From NCBI GenBank assembly GCA_963724295.1, contig CAVRUC010000007.1, positions 512,001-576,000 of the forward strand: a DNA stretch of 64,000 nucleotides, in the 5' to 3' direction. The notes under the pieces are model-generated. The model ran no database searches and was not told where the DNA came from. It was given only the letters and a program-made list of their open reading frames with translations. Shown here piece after piece: positions 19,577 through 32,126 of the stretch (positions within the stretch are counted from its first letter, which is position 1; every line of letters begins with the position of its first letter). The DNA is from an uncultured Chloroflexia bacterium. GTDB lineage: Bacteria > Chloroflexota > Chloroflexia > Thermomicrobiales > UBA6265. Made by a program: the position numbers and the translations under genes.

Positions 19577-20820
19577 CGAGTCGGACGTCGGAGGTCGGAC
19601 GTCGCGAGGCCCGAATTGTCTCCATCGACGGCGTCGCCGTCTCCGATTTCCTGGTTCCCGGCAATGCGCAAGAGACAGCAGAGATCCTCGCCGAGGCCGC
19701 CGCTCGTGGCCACGCGGTCAGCCCGGTCGGGGGCGGCACCGCGTTGAACCTGGGAAATCCGCCGGAACGCGTCGACTGCGTCCTTTCGACCGAACGCCTG
19801 GCCGGTATCATCGACTACGAGCCGACCGATCTTGTCATATCGGTAGGCGCCGGGGCCCGGTTTGGCGACGTTCAGGCGGTCCTGGCCGAGCATGGGCAGC
19901 GTCTGCCGCTCGATCCTCCTGGCGGAGCGGACGCGACGATCGGCGGGCTCATCGCTACTGGTCGCTGGGGACCGCTTCGCTACAGTGCCGGGACGCTGCG
20001 AGATCTCTTGATTGGGATCGCGGTCGCGCACCCGAGCGGCACCGTCTCCAAGGCCGGTGGCATGGTCGTCAAGAATGTCTCCGGCTACGACATGCCGCGG
20101 CTCTACCTCGGCTCCCTGGGCACCCTCGGGGTCGTGGTTTCCGCCAATTTCAAGGTGCTCCCTCGCCCACGCGCCGAGGCGACGGTCATTGCTGCCTACG
20201 ACGGTCCGGCGGCGGCCTTCGCCATGGCGACCGCCTTGCGTGACGGCCGCGAACCTGTCGCGGCACTCGAGGTGGCGGTCCTGGAGGGAGCGTGGCAGCT
20301 GGTGACGCGCATCGAAGGGCGCGACGAAACGGTCGCCGCGGTCGCCGGTCGCATCGGCGCGATGATGGGCGGAGACGTCACCCGCCTCGACGGGTCGGTG
20401 AGCGCCGATTGGTGGGCTTCCTACGTCGCGAAGCAGCAGGTCGCCGGCGACGAGAATGCGGTGCTGGTCCGCTGCGGCGTGCGCCCGAAAGAGACGGCGA
20501 TTCTCGCCACCGGCATGGCGGCCGCGCTGAACGCGATTGGTGTTGCAACACCGTACCTGGCCGCGTCACCGGGGCTGGGCACGGTGGTGGCCCGGCTCGA
20601 CCTCGGCAGCGAGGGATCGTCCGGTCTGCTTGCTGACGTGCAAGGCATCCTGCTCGGTCTCGCCGAAACCGTGACGATCCTGGCCGCGCCGCCTTCGTGG
20701 AAACAGGGTATCGACGTCTGGGGACGACTCCCTGAAGGATTCGATGTGATGCGGTCGCTGCGGGCCCAATTCGATCCGGAGCGCACCATCAATCCCGGCA
20801 GGTTCGCCGGTTTTCTGTAG
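19566..20820 (+). CDS. glcE: Glycolate oxidase FAD-binding subunit GlcE (start ambiguous; see findings)
   Basis: GGGT, GIIDYEP, GGMVVKNVSGYD, GSLGTLG, FDP...NPGR; lies between glcD and glcF. Confidence 0.88.
19580..19607 (+). repeat. Heptamer tandem repeat at the glcD/glcE junction
   Basis: GTCGGAC GTCGGAG GTCGGAC GTCGCGA. Confidence 0.8.
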
Positions 20821-20870
20821 TCCACACCAGTGGTGGCGAGGTCGTCGCCTGTCCGGAGGTATTCCCGTTC

Positions 20871-22235
20871 ATGGCAGTGGCGATTGAAACAGACGCGAAT
20901 CTCATGCGTCTTGGTGGGTTTTCGGGGCCGGATGTCCCCGAGGACGATTTGTTGCGTGCCTGCGTCCATTGCGGCATGTGCTTGTCATCGTGCCCGACGT
21001 ACCGGCTCACTGGCCAGGAGATGTCCTCTCCCCGGGGACGCCTCTGGCTGATGCGCGCGGTCGCCGACGAGCGACTTGATCTTCTCGACCCACTCTTCGA
21101 CGAGCAGATGTACCAATGCCTCAACTGCCGTGCCTGCGAGGCGGTCTGCCCATCCGGCGTGCACTACGGTCCGCTGGTCGAAGCGTCTCGCGCCCAGCTA
21201 GAGCAGCACCGGCCGCGACCACTACGCGACCGCGCGTTGCGCCGATTTGGGCTCGAATGGCTCTTCGCCGATAGCCGCCGGCTGCGCCTCCTGGTGCGCA
21301 TGCTTCGCCTCTCCGAAAAGAGCGGCATGACGGCGCTGACGCGCAAGAGCGGGCTGCTGAAGCTGGTGAAGATGGACGAGCTGCAGACGCTCACGCCCGA
21401 GATCTCGCGCCGCCCGATTGTTCCCGGGAACGAACGCTGGTCGGCCGATCCGGTTCGGAACGAGCCACGCTCCGCGCGACTCTTCAACGGCTGCATCATG
21501 GGGACCGTATTTGCCAACACCAACCGCGCCGCGGCCCGCGTCATAGCCAGAAACGGCTCCGACGTCGACGTCCCGCTCGAGCAGCAATGTTGCGGCGCGC
21601 TCCACGTCCACGCCGGGATGATGGAAGAGGCACGCAATCTCGCCCGCAAGAACATCGATGCCTTCGAGCGCTCCAGCAATGACCCCATCATCGTCACCGC
21701 CGCAGGCTGCGGCGCTGCCCTCAAGGAATATGGGTATCTCCTGAAGGAGGACCCCGACTATGCCGAGCGCGCGCAGCGGTTCAGCGATCGCGTACGCGAT
21801 TTCACCGAATATCTCGGAGAGCAGGAGCTCGTGCCTCCCACCAGAGCCATCCGGCGCACGGTCACCTACCAGGAGCCATGTCACCTCGTCCATGCCCAGC
21901 GCATCAGCCGCGAGCCACGCGACCTGATGAACGCGATCCCCGGTCTCGAGCTGGCTGAGATGAAAGAAAGCTCACTCTGCTGCGGCAGCGCCGGCATCTA
22001 CAACATTATTCGCGAGGAGATGGCGAATGAGCTCGGCGACCGCAAAGCGCTCCATGCCATGGAGACACCGGCGACGGAGGTCATCACCGCCAATCCGGGC
22101 TGCCAGATGCAGGTACGGGCTTCCCTGCGCCGCAACGGCAGCAACGTCAAAGTCCGTCACATCGCCGAGCTGCTCGACGAAGCATACGGTGGAGCGAAGA
22201 CGAAGCGCTCCATTGTCGGCCGCGCAGCCCGCTAA
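20871..22235 (+). CDS. glcF: Glycolate oxidase Fe-S subunit GlcF
   Basis: CVHCGMCLSSCP, CLNCRACEAVCP, two CCG domains. Confidence 0.93.
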   Translation: MAVAIETDANLMRLGGFSGPDVPEDDLLRACVHCGMCLSSCPTYRLTGQEMSSPRGRLWLMRAVADERLDLLDPLFDEQMYQCLNCRACEAVCPSGVHYGPLVEASRAQLEQHRPRPLRDRALRRFGLEWLFADSRRLRLLVRMLRLSEKSGMTALTRKSGLLKLVKMDELQTLTPEISRRPIVPGNERWSADPVRNEPRSARLFNGCIMGTVFANTNRAAARVIARNGSDVDVPLEQQCCGALHVHAGMMEEARNLARKNIDAFERSSNDPIIVTAAGCGAALKEYGYLLKEDPDYAERAQRFSDRVRDFTEYLGEQELVPPTRAIRRTVTYQEPCHLVHAQRISREPRDLMNAIPGLELAEMKESSLCCGSAGIYNIIREEMANELGDRKALHAMETPATEVITANPGCQMQVRASLRRNGSNVKVRHIAELLDEAYGGAKTKRSIVGRAAR

Positions 22236-24058
22236 CCCACCGCTAGCTCCTCGAGCCGATCGATATCGTCGCGTATTACCGCCAGGCTCGACCGCCAGAA
22301 CCCGGGGTCACGCAGGTCGATGTCGAACCTGGCGGCCAGATCGGCGGCGCTCGCTCGCCCGGTTGCCGCCAGGAGCGCGTCGTAGCGATCCGGGAACGTG
22401 GCCGGCTCGTTCCGGTAGATCGCGTACAGACCAAGCCCGAAGAGGAGTCCGAACAAATAGGGGTAGTTGTAGTACGAGAAGTCTGAGCTGTAGTAATGCC
22501 CTTTGACGGCCCACATGTACGGGTGCCGCTCCTCATTGGTCAGCGCGTCGCCGTACGTTGCTGCCTGTGCGGCGAGCATCAGCCGATTCAGCTCCGCTAT
22601 AGATAGCTCCCGCTCGCGGCGGCCAGCGAACAGCGACCGTTCGAAATCGAAGCGGCTGAGAATATCGACGACCACCTGGCAGGCGCCCTGAGCTGACTGC
22701 TCCAGGATGTAGATCCTCTCCCCCGGTTCGGCATCGACCAGCGCGGCCTCCTTGACGAGCGTCTCGCAAAAGGTGCTTGCCGTTTCCGCCAGAATCATCG
22801 GTGTCCGTCGTTGCAAGGGGGTAAGTCCGGCCTCGTTCAGGTTGTGGTAGGCGTGGCCGAGCTCGTGGGCGAGCGTCGTGACGCCGTCATAGCCCGGTGA
22901 GTAATTGGCGAGGATGCGCGATTCGTCGCCAACGAGCCGCATGCAGTACGCGCCTCCCACCTTGCCCGGTCGCGGGCCGGCGTCGATCCAGTGCTCGGCA
23001 AAGGCTCGCCTCGCCAGCCCCCGCAGCCGGTCGCTGTAGGCCCCGAACTGCTCTTCGATGAACCTGGTCGCTTCCGGCCAGGTCCACGTTCGCCCCGCAT
23101 CGCCTACCGGAGCGAACAGGTCGTACCAGGCGAGCTCGGTGGTCCCGAGCAGTCTCGCCTTCAGCCGGAGATAGCGCCGGAAGTCCGGGAATGCGGCGCG
23201 CGCCTCCTCGACCATCACGTCGAGGATGTCGCGGTCGATGGCGCCCCAGAAGAGGGATTCGTCGAGCGGATCCGCCCAATTCCGTCTGGCGGCGAGCGTG
23301 AGCACCTGACCTTTGACGCCATTGAGCGCGGCCGCGATGGGGAGAGCATGTGCCTCCCAGGCGCCGAGCTCCGCCCGCCATGCGCGATGACGCAGATCGC
23401 GGTCCGGTTCGGTCGCCAGATTGCGGATGGCGCTCATGGGGAGGGTTTGCTCGCGGCCTTCGACCTCGACCCTGGCGGTGATCTGCGACGTGAGATTGTC
23501 GTGGAGCTTGGCCCAGGCGGCCCCCGAGGAGGGAGACAGCTCCGCCGCGAGTGCCTCCGCCTCCTCGCTCATCAGATGCCGTGCCGCCGCATGCAGCTGA
23601 CGCAACGGGAATGCGTGTTCGGCGCCTACGGTCGAGCGCCCGACAACCTCTTCAATGGGCAGGGTTCCCACCCAGGCGGTGAAGCGCGTTTCCAGCTTGT
23701 CGAGCGCCACGGCGCGCTCCTGGAACTGGCTATATCGGGCCTGCGCTGCTTCATTGCGGGAGTCCGTAGAGATGGACCCGTACAGGTACGAGCCCATCGA
23801 ATCGAGCCGCTGCACAACGTCGTTCAGCGCGTTCAGCACCCGCTCGAAATCGGCCAGGGGCGCGGGACTCGCCGACGCTGAGGAGACACCAACTTCGTCA
23901 AAGAGCTTGACCAGATCATCGATGCCGCTCACAAGGCGATCGAACCCTTCGGCAAACTCCGGAGAGTCGAGACCTGGAAAGAGCGCGCTCAAATCCCAGC
24001 GCGGCAGCTCGTTTGTCTCAACGGCGCTCGCCGTGTCCGTCAGGGTTTTTCTTGGCAT
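22232..24058 (-). CDS. M3 family oligoendopeptidase F
   Basis: WDLSALF, GKVGGAYC, HELGHAYH zinc motif, AETASTFCE, YYNYPYLFG. Confidence 0.93.
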   Translation of the reverse strand: MPRKTLTDTASAVETNELPRWDLSALFPGLDSPEFAEGFDRLVSGIDDLVKLFDEVGVSSASASPAPLADFERVLNALNDVVQRLDSMGSYLYGSISTDSRNEAAQARYSQFQERAVALDKLETRFTAWVGTLPIEEVVGRSTVGAEHAFPLRQLHAAARHLMSEEAEALAAELSPSSGAAWAKLHDNLTSQITARVEVEGREQTLPMSAIRNLATEPDRDLRHRAWRAELGAWEAHALPIAAALNGVKGQVLTLAARRNWADPLDESLFWGAIDRDILDVMVEEARAAFPDFRRYLRLKARLLGTTELAWYDLFAPVGDAGRTWTWPEATRFIEEQFGAYSDRLRGLARRAFAEHWIDAGPRPGKVGGAYCMRLVGDESRILANYSPGYDGVTTLAHELGHAYHNLNEAGLTPLQRRTPMILAETASTFCETLVKEAALVDAEPGERIYILEQSAQGACQVVVDILSRFDFERSLFAGRRERELSIAELNRLMLAAQAATYGDALTNEERHPYMWAVKGHYYSSDFSYYNYPYLFGLLFGLGLYAIYRNEPATFPDRYDALLAATGRASAADLAARFDIDLRDPGFWRSSLAVIRDDIDRLEELAVG

Positions 24059-24171
24059 GGGCCATCGGTTCCTTTCTCGCGGCTCGCCCAGATGGCGGCC
24101 GCTGAAGGGTAGACGACCGGCACGCTCCGTGCCTGACAGTCACCGTCTCGAGCGGTCTATGTACGGACAGC

Positions 24172-24200
24172 TTGACACAGACCCGGCTATTCCGTAGATT
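24172..24200 (+). promoter_or_regulatory. Sigma70 promoter of the met operon
   Basis: TTGACA-17 bp-TAGATT. Confidence 0.75.
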
Positions 24201-24224
24201 CTGGTAAACAACTGAAGAGTGCTG

Positions 24225-24327
24225 CCTTATCCAGATGGGTGGAGGGAATCGGCCCTGTGAAGCCCGGCAGCCTGCGGTCAGTTGACCGCAAGGTGCCAAA
24301 TCCGGCAGAGCGATCTGCGAGATAAGG
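24225..24327 (+). promoter_or_regulatory. SAM-I (S-box) riboswitch
   Basis: P1 CCTTATC/GATAAGG; ATCCAGA..GGTGGAGGGA..GGCCC..TGAAGCCCGGCAGCC; AAGGTGCCAAATCC; upstream of metX. Confidence 0.95.
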
Positions 24328-24344
24328 GAACGGCGTGAAGACGC

Positions 24345-24372
24345 ACCCCTGCCTCGGCGGGGGTTTCTTTGT
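24345..24372 (+). terminator. Riboswitch expression-platform terminator
   Basis: ACCCCTGCC-TC-GGCGGGGGT followed by TTCTTTGT. Confidence 0.8.
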
Positions 24373-24451
24373 GAGCCAGCTGTCCCTTCCGTCGAAACCT
24401 GGAGATAGCAGACCGGGCACGGACCCGGTCACGATGGGAGACCACCAGCAG

Positions 24452-27095
<2,644 letters not shown>

Positions 27096-27106
27096 CGGAG
27101 AGCAGT

Positions 27107-27149
27107 AAAAGCAATGGAGCCGGGGCGATGCCCCGGCTCCATTGCTTTT
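27107..27149. terminator. Bidirectional terminator between convergent genes
   Basis: Perfect 20-bp inverted repeat AAAAGCAATGGAGCCGGGGC-GAT-GCCCCGGCTCCATTGCTTTT. Confidence 0.88.
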
Positions 27150-27176
27150 CCGATGCTTGAGTGCCGGCGTTGACCG

Positions 27177-27521
27177 TTATGTCGATTCCTCGAGGGAGGT
27201 CTTCGCGGCGCCAGACGCCGCCGTAGCGGGACTCTCCGTAGCCACCGGCTTCGGTGAGCGGTCCCCAGCCGGTACGATCCACTCTCCCCTGAACCATTGC
27301 CGCTGCCAGGGGATGGCGACGCGATTCTTGTGCTGGGAGAAATCGACCAGGTACAGGGGAATGCCGTAGGTGCTGCGCGGGTCGATCCCGATGATGGTAC
27401 CGGTGGCGCCGTCGAACCGCGCCTCCGGCCAGGTCGTATAGAGCACGCTGATACCCGGAATACCGCGCTTGCTCACGCCGCGCGGCATCGCCACCGTTAC
27501 TTCATCGCCAAAGTCGAACAC
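27177..27521 (-). CDS. Small hypothetical protein, probable SH3/KOW-like beta-barrel
   Basis: GAGGTG RBS; FxxGDxV...RFDGATGTIIG...YLVDF beta-strand pattern. Confidence 0.7.
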   Translation of the reverse strand: MFDFGDEVTVAMPRGVSKRGIPGISVLYTTWPEARFDGATGTIIGIDPRSTYGIPLYLVDFSQHKNRVAIPWQRQWFRGEWIVPAGDRSPKPVATESPATAASGAAKTSLEEST

Positions 27522-27587
27522 GATCGACTCACCTCGTCCCCATCACACGTCGCCGCGCCAAGTATAGCCAGCGCTCAGCGGCGGGCT

Positions 27588-28652
27588 TCAGGCGCGGCGC
27601 TCCCTCCGCACGTCAGCGGTTCCGGCGGACCAGACCTCGGTGTAGAGCTCCGCAAGCTGAACCTGGAGCGCGATTGGCAGCCCATCAAACCGTGTCCGGG
27701 CTCGCTCCGGCATCTCCAGCCGCAGCGCCCATACTTGCCGGGCCTGGAGACGATTCATGGCATCGCCGTCCATGGCTGTGGCGCTCCAGCGCCGGCATGC
27801 CTCCGCGATCTCGCCGTCATCCAGGGAAAGGAGGCGCTCGACCACGAAGCGAATGCCTTCGTCCGTCTCCGCGTTGTCAGACCGCTCGGAGCGGGATCGA
27901 GACGACAGGGGTATCAACCGCGCGCGGTGATTGCCGGCGTCACGTTCACTCCAGCTTTCGGCCCCGTGCCGCGTCATCGACCGCGCCGCCTGAGGCTGCC
28001 GCGTCAAGACGACCCCGGCGAAGATGATCGCGATGCCGAGGGCCATCGTCAGGTAGAGATATTCGGGTCTCCCGAACCGGGTCAGCGTCCCGCCCAGCGC
28101 CACGGTTATGGTCCCGATGGCGATGAGGACGCATCCGGCCGCTCGCTGACCCGAGCCGCTCGCGGCTCTCAACTTCCAGGCGGAGTAGAGCGCGCCGCCG
28201 GCAAGCACGATCGTGCCGCACGCATTGATCGTGGCGGCGAGGGCAACAAGGAATGGTCCGCGCTCCAGCGCCTGCCAACCCACCGCTGGTAATCGCGCCG
28301 GGTCGACAGGCGCGGACCAGACGGCCGTTACAGCCACGGCGACAACCAACAAGGCAACGCCGGGTGTGATCGCGGGCATGCGACGCGGCAGCAAGAGATA
28401 GAGCTCGCCCAGAGCCAGCACGCCAACCACGAGCACGGCGCCGGCGAGGTAGTAGACCCGCGCCAGGGCTGGTGTCCAACCGATCGCGGCCCCCACGACC
28501 TCGCAGACGGCTGCCGCTGTAAAGAGCAGGAACGCGACAGCCCAGATCGCGCGTTCGGAGCTAGGGCGTCTCAGTGCGTCCCAGCCGACGAACGCGGCGC
28601 AGAGGGCCGCGATCAGTGCGGTCGCGGCGGGTAACGCAATCACCAACTGCAC
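27588..28652 (-). CDS. Hypothetical multi-pass membrane protein with a soluble C-terminal domain
   Basis: About 7 hydrophobic segments in the N-terminal ~220 aa; polar C-terminal tail. Confidence 0.75.
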   Translation of the reverse strand: MQLVIALPAATALIAALCAAFVGWDALRRPSSERAIWAVAFLLFTAAAVCEVVGAAIGWTPALARVYYLAGAVLVVGVLALGELYLLLPRRMPAITPGVALLVVAVAVTAVWSAPVDPARLPAVGWQALERGPFLVALAATINACGTIVLAGGALYSAWKLRAASGSGQRAAGCVLIAIGTITVALGGTLTRFGRPEYLYLTMALGIAIIFAGVVLTRQPQAARSMTRHGAESWSERDAGNHRARLIPLSSRSRSERSDNAETDEGIRFVVERLLSLDDGEIAEACRRWSATAMDGDAMNRLQARQVWALRLEMPERARTRFDGLPIALQVQLAELYTEVWSAGTADVRRERRA

Positions 28653-28711
28653 CCTGAGGCTCGATCTGCAATCATGCCGCCGAGTCTACCGCCGGGACTG
28701 AGGAGGCGACG

Positions 28712-28987
28712 ATGCTGTTCATGGTGATCGAGCGGTTCAGACCGGGCACGGTTCCGGACATCTACCGCCGCTTGCGAGACGAAGGACGTTCGCTACCGAA
28801 GGGACTCACCTACGAAGGAAGCTGGATCGAAGCGGGATTTGGCCGCTGTTTCCAGCTGATGGCCTGTGACGACGCGCGCCTGCTCCAGGAGTGGGTGCTG
28901 AGCTGGGGCGATCTCTTCGAAGCCGAGATCGTCCCGGTCGTGCCATCGGCGGAGACGCGAGAGGTCGTCCGCCCGTTCCTAGGGTGA
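28712..28987 (+). CDS. DUF3303 family protein
   Basis: MLFMVIERF...SWI...CFQLM...W.DL.E.EIVPV; GAGGAGG RBS. Confidence 0.85.
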   Translation: MLFMVIERFRPGTVPDIYRRLRDEGRSLPKGLTYEGSWIEAGFGRCFQLMACDDARLLQEWVLSWGDLFEAEIVPVVPSAETREVVRPFLG

Positions 28988-29116
28988 TGGGGTGATTACT
29001 CGCTCCGCTCGTGGTGATAGGGTGGTTGTTCGCTGCGCTCACGGTGGCAGGGTGGCAGGGAATCGTTCGTCCTGCCGACCCTGCCACCCCGCGACCCAGC
29101 CACCCATCACCCCCAC
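28982..29116. repeat. Dispersed intergenic repeat built from GGGTGGCA-like octamers plus inverted CCCTGCCA units
   Basis: Related copies at 38899-38976 and 61352-61468. Confidence 0.75.
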
Positions 29117-29117
29117 A

Positions 29118-29192
29118 GGTACCCCAGGCAGGATTCGAACCTGCGACCTGCCGCTTAGAAGGCGGATGCTCTGTCCCCTGAGCTACTGGGGC
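29118..29192 (-). tRNA. tRNA-Arg (anticodon TCT)
   Basis: GCCCCAG/CTGGGGT acceptor stem, D-arm TAGCTCAGGGGACAGAGC, anticodon loop CT-TCT-AA, GGTTCGAATCC. Ends ACC (terminal A not encoded). TATACT -10 upstream. Confidence 0.95.
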
Positions 29193-29241
29193 AGGTGTGC
29201 ACCTGAAAGTATAGAGGTTAGCGTCAGCGGGATTGAACGAA

Positions 29242-31894
29242 TCAGCCTTCGCCCGCCGCGACCGCGGACAAGACCGCCTGGGCCTCGGCGACGGCTCGCT
29301 CCTGGGACAGCGTGCGGCCCTCTTCCCAGGCCGCCTGATACTCAGTCTCCCCAAGTCGTTGTCGCTGCTCGGCCATGATTCGCGCCTGGATAGCATCGAC
29401 GCTGGGACGCAGGTCCCGTTGCATCGACTGCTGAATCGCGGCGGCCGAGCCGAACAGCCTGACGGCCTGAGCCGCGTCTCCCTTCGCGGCGGCCAGGTTG
29501 CCAGCGCCGAGAAGTGCCCAACTGATGCGGTCAGGTGCCTCGAGATCCATCGCCAAGGAGAGAGACTCAGCAAACAACGTCGCCGCCCCGACGGCGTCGC
29601 CATTCAGCTCGGTCATGTACGCTGCGTCACCGCTCGCGTCCATGACTGATGCGACATCGCCCAGGACCCGGAATCGGTCGCTCGCCTCCTCTGAGCCGCG
29701 CCGAAGCCTGGTCATAGTCTCCCTGTGCGAACGCCAGCGTGCCGCTCAGACCAACGACATCAGCGACGCTACGGGGATTCCCGCTGCGGTCGGCGACGGC
29801 GCGGCTCTCGGTGAGCAAAGATTCAGCGTCCTCAAACTCATCGAGATCGATGGCCACGCTGGCCAGGTTTCGGAGGAGACGCGCCTCTCCAATCAGGTCG
29901 CCAGCTTCTCTGAACAAGGCAAGCGCTTCCTGGTAGAGCGCGCGCGTTTCGTCGAGGCGTCCCAACCTGTGGTTGAAGGAGCCGGCCGCGGCAACCGCGC
30001 GGGCCCGGGTCTGAGGCGGCACCCCGTCGGCCGGCCGCTCCAGGAAGGCCGTGAGCCACCGGCTCCCTTCGGCAAATGGTGCCCGCCGGAGCCAGTAGAA
30101 CCGCATCGCCACCGAAAGTCGCAACCCCTCATCGATGCGGTTCTGATCCAGGAGCCAGCCCAGAGTAGCCGTGATGTTCGGACCGTCAGCGGCCAACCGG
30201 TCGAGCAACTCCACCTGGTTCGCGCGGACGAATTCGGGCTCGGCCGCTTCCGCGAAGTCGAGATAGAACGCGGCATGCCGCTCCCGGATCGCGGCATCCT
30301 CACCGGCTTCAGTCAGCCGATCGACGGCGAATTCCCGGATCGTCTCCAGCATCCGGAAGCGTGCCTCGGATTCCGTCTCATCCAGACGCACGAGACTCAT
30401 CTCGACCAACGAGGTGAGTCCTCCCAGGACATCGAGCTTCCCCTCGGGATTGGCAACGGCCTCTGCCGCCTCCATCGTCCACCCGCCGACGAACACACCC
30501 AGCCGCCGGAAGAGCTGGCACTCATCCGGCCCCAGGAGGTCGTAACTCCAGGCAATCGTGTCGCGCAGCGTTCTCTGCCGTTCCGGAGCATCCCGCCGGC
30601 CTCCCGTGAGCAACGGCAGCCGCCGCTCCAACCGGCTCAGCAATGCCGCGGGAGGGAGGACCTTGATTCTGGCAGCCGCCAGCTCGATCGCCAATGGCAA
30701 CCCGTCAAGGCGGGCGCAAATCTCCGCGACAATGGGAGCGATCGCGTCCGTGAGCTCGAAATCCGGCCGCACCGCCCTGGCGCGGTCGACAAAGAGGGCC
30801 ACCGCCTCGTTGCTGGCGAGCGCGGCCGCGTTCGTCCGCTGGCTCTGTTCCGGGAGACGGAGTGTCGGCACCAGGTACTCATGCTCGCCTTGAACCCGAA
30901 GCGGCGCGCGGCTGGTGACCAGCAGATCGACCTCCGATCCACCCAACAGCTCGGCGACGACCCCCGCGGAACCAAGCAGGTGCTCGAAATTGTCGAGAAT
31001 CAGCAGGGTTCCCCGGTCGGCAAGGGAGCCATGGATCTGCTGGACCAGCGACCCGGCAGTGACCTCTCGCAAGCCAAGTGCCCTGCCGATCGTGGACAAG
31101 ACCTGAGCCGGATCACGCAACGTGGAGAGATCGACGAAAACAGCGCCGCCGGCGAACGACGACGCTAGTCGCTCGCCGACCTGAATAGCCAGGCGCGTCT
31201 TACCGATCCCACCCGGTCCGGTCAGCGTGACGAGGTGAACGTTCGGCGCGGCCACCAGCTCCGCGATTGCCGAGATCTGCTCCTCGCGGCCCAGGAAGGG
31301 CGTCAGCTCGGGCGGGAAATTCCGGGTTTGCTGCTCGGAAGCAACCGGCAGGTCGACGTCCCGCGGCAGGTCCGGATGGACGAGAACGAAGACGCGTTCG
31401 GCACGCTTGATGTCGCGGAGGCGCATTTCGCCGAGCTCTCGCAGACTTGCTTCCGCTGGCAATCCATCCTGTGCCAGTTGTTCGACTGCCTCGGTGAGCA
31501 GGATCTGCCCGCCCCGCGCCATGCCGAGCAGCCGCGACAGACGGTTGAGCGGAGCGGCCAGATAATCCCCGTCGCGCGGTTCGGCCTCGCCGGCGTGGAT
31601 CGCCATACAGGCGCGCAGCGGTCCCAACGCTTCCGGCCAGGGCTCGCCCAGAAGCGCGCGCTGGGCCGTCAGGGCCGCGCTGATAGCGGCCGGAGCCGTC
31701 GGGAAGGCGGACTGCGTTCCGTCCCCGACGGTCTTGAAGAGGACTCCGCCGTGAGCGTTGACGGCGTCGCGCAACAGCGACAGATGTCGCGCCAGCGCCG
31801 ACATCATGGCGCTTCCGTCGCGCTCCCACAGGGAGCTGCTGTTCTCCACGTCGGTGAAGAGAAACGCGACAGTGCCGCGCGGCATCTCGGCCAA
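29242..31894 (-). CDS. Class III adenylate cyclase-STAND (NB-ARC-like) ATPase-TPR protein, one frameshift near 29690
   Basis: FLFTDVE, FKTVGDG, GDY...NRLSRL cyclase motifs; LTGPGGIGKTRL, LILDNFEH, DGLPLAIELAA; TPR tail continues in ORF 29242..29715. Confidence 0.9.
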
Positions 31895-32126
31895 GTTCAA
31901 TCTCCGGAGTACAGCACTTTGGCGCAATGACGTGGATTGTCGCATGCGAGTCGCGGGACACGGCTTTCCAGGCCGCAAGTCCCGAAACTGTCCCGAAGTG
32001 CAACGGAGTTCAGAGAGTGTCTACTGAACGGCTGTCGTGCCGTAGCGTGCGGTAGACGGTCGGGCAGGATACGGAGAACAGCAATGAGGGGTCCCCTGCG
32101 AACACCAGGGTGGACGGATACCGCAC

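Noticed and set aside
28982..29116. Repeats next to the tRNA as a CRISPR array or an attachment site
   Set aside because: The units are degenerate 8-mers without unique equal-length spacers. There are no cas genes, no integrase and no duplicated tRNA 3' end in the window.
29498..31168. Long antisense ORFs (e.g. 29498-31168, 3293-4513, 18056-19567, 61021-62679)
   Set aside because: Shadow ORFs opposite well-supported genes, as expected in high-GC DNA.
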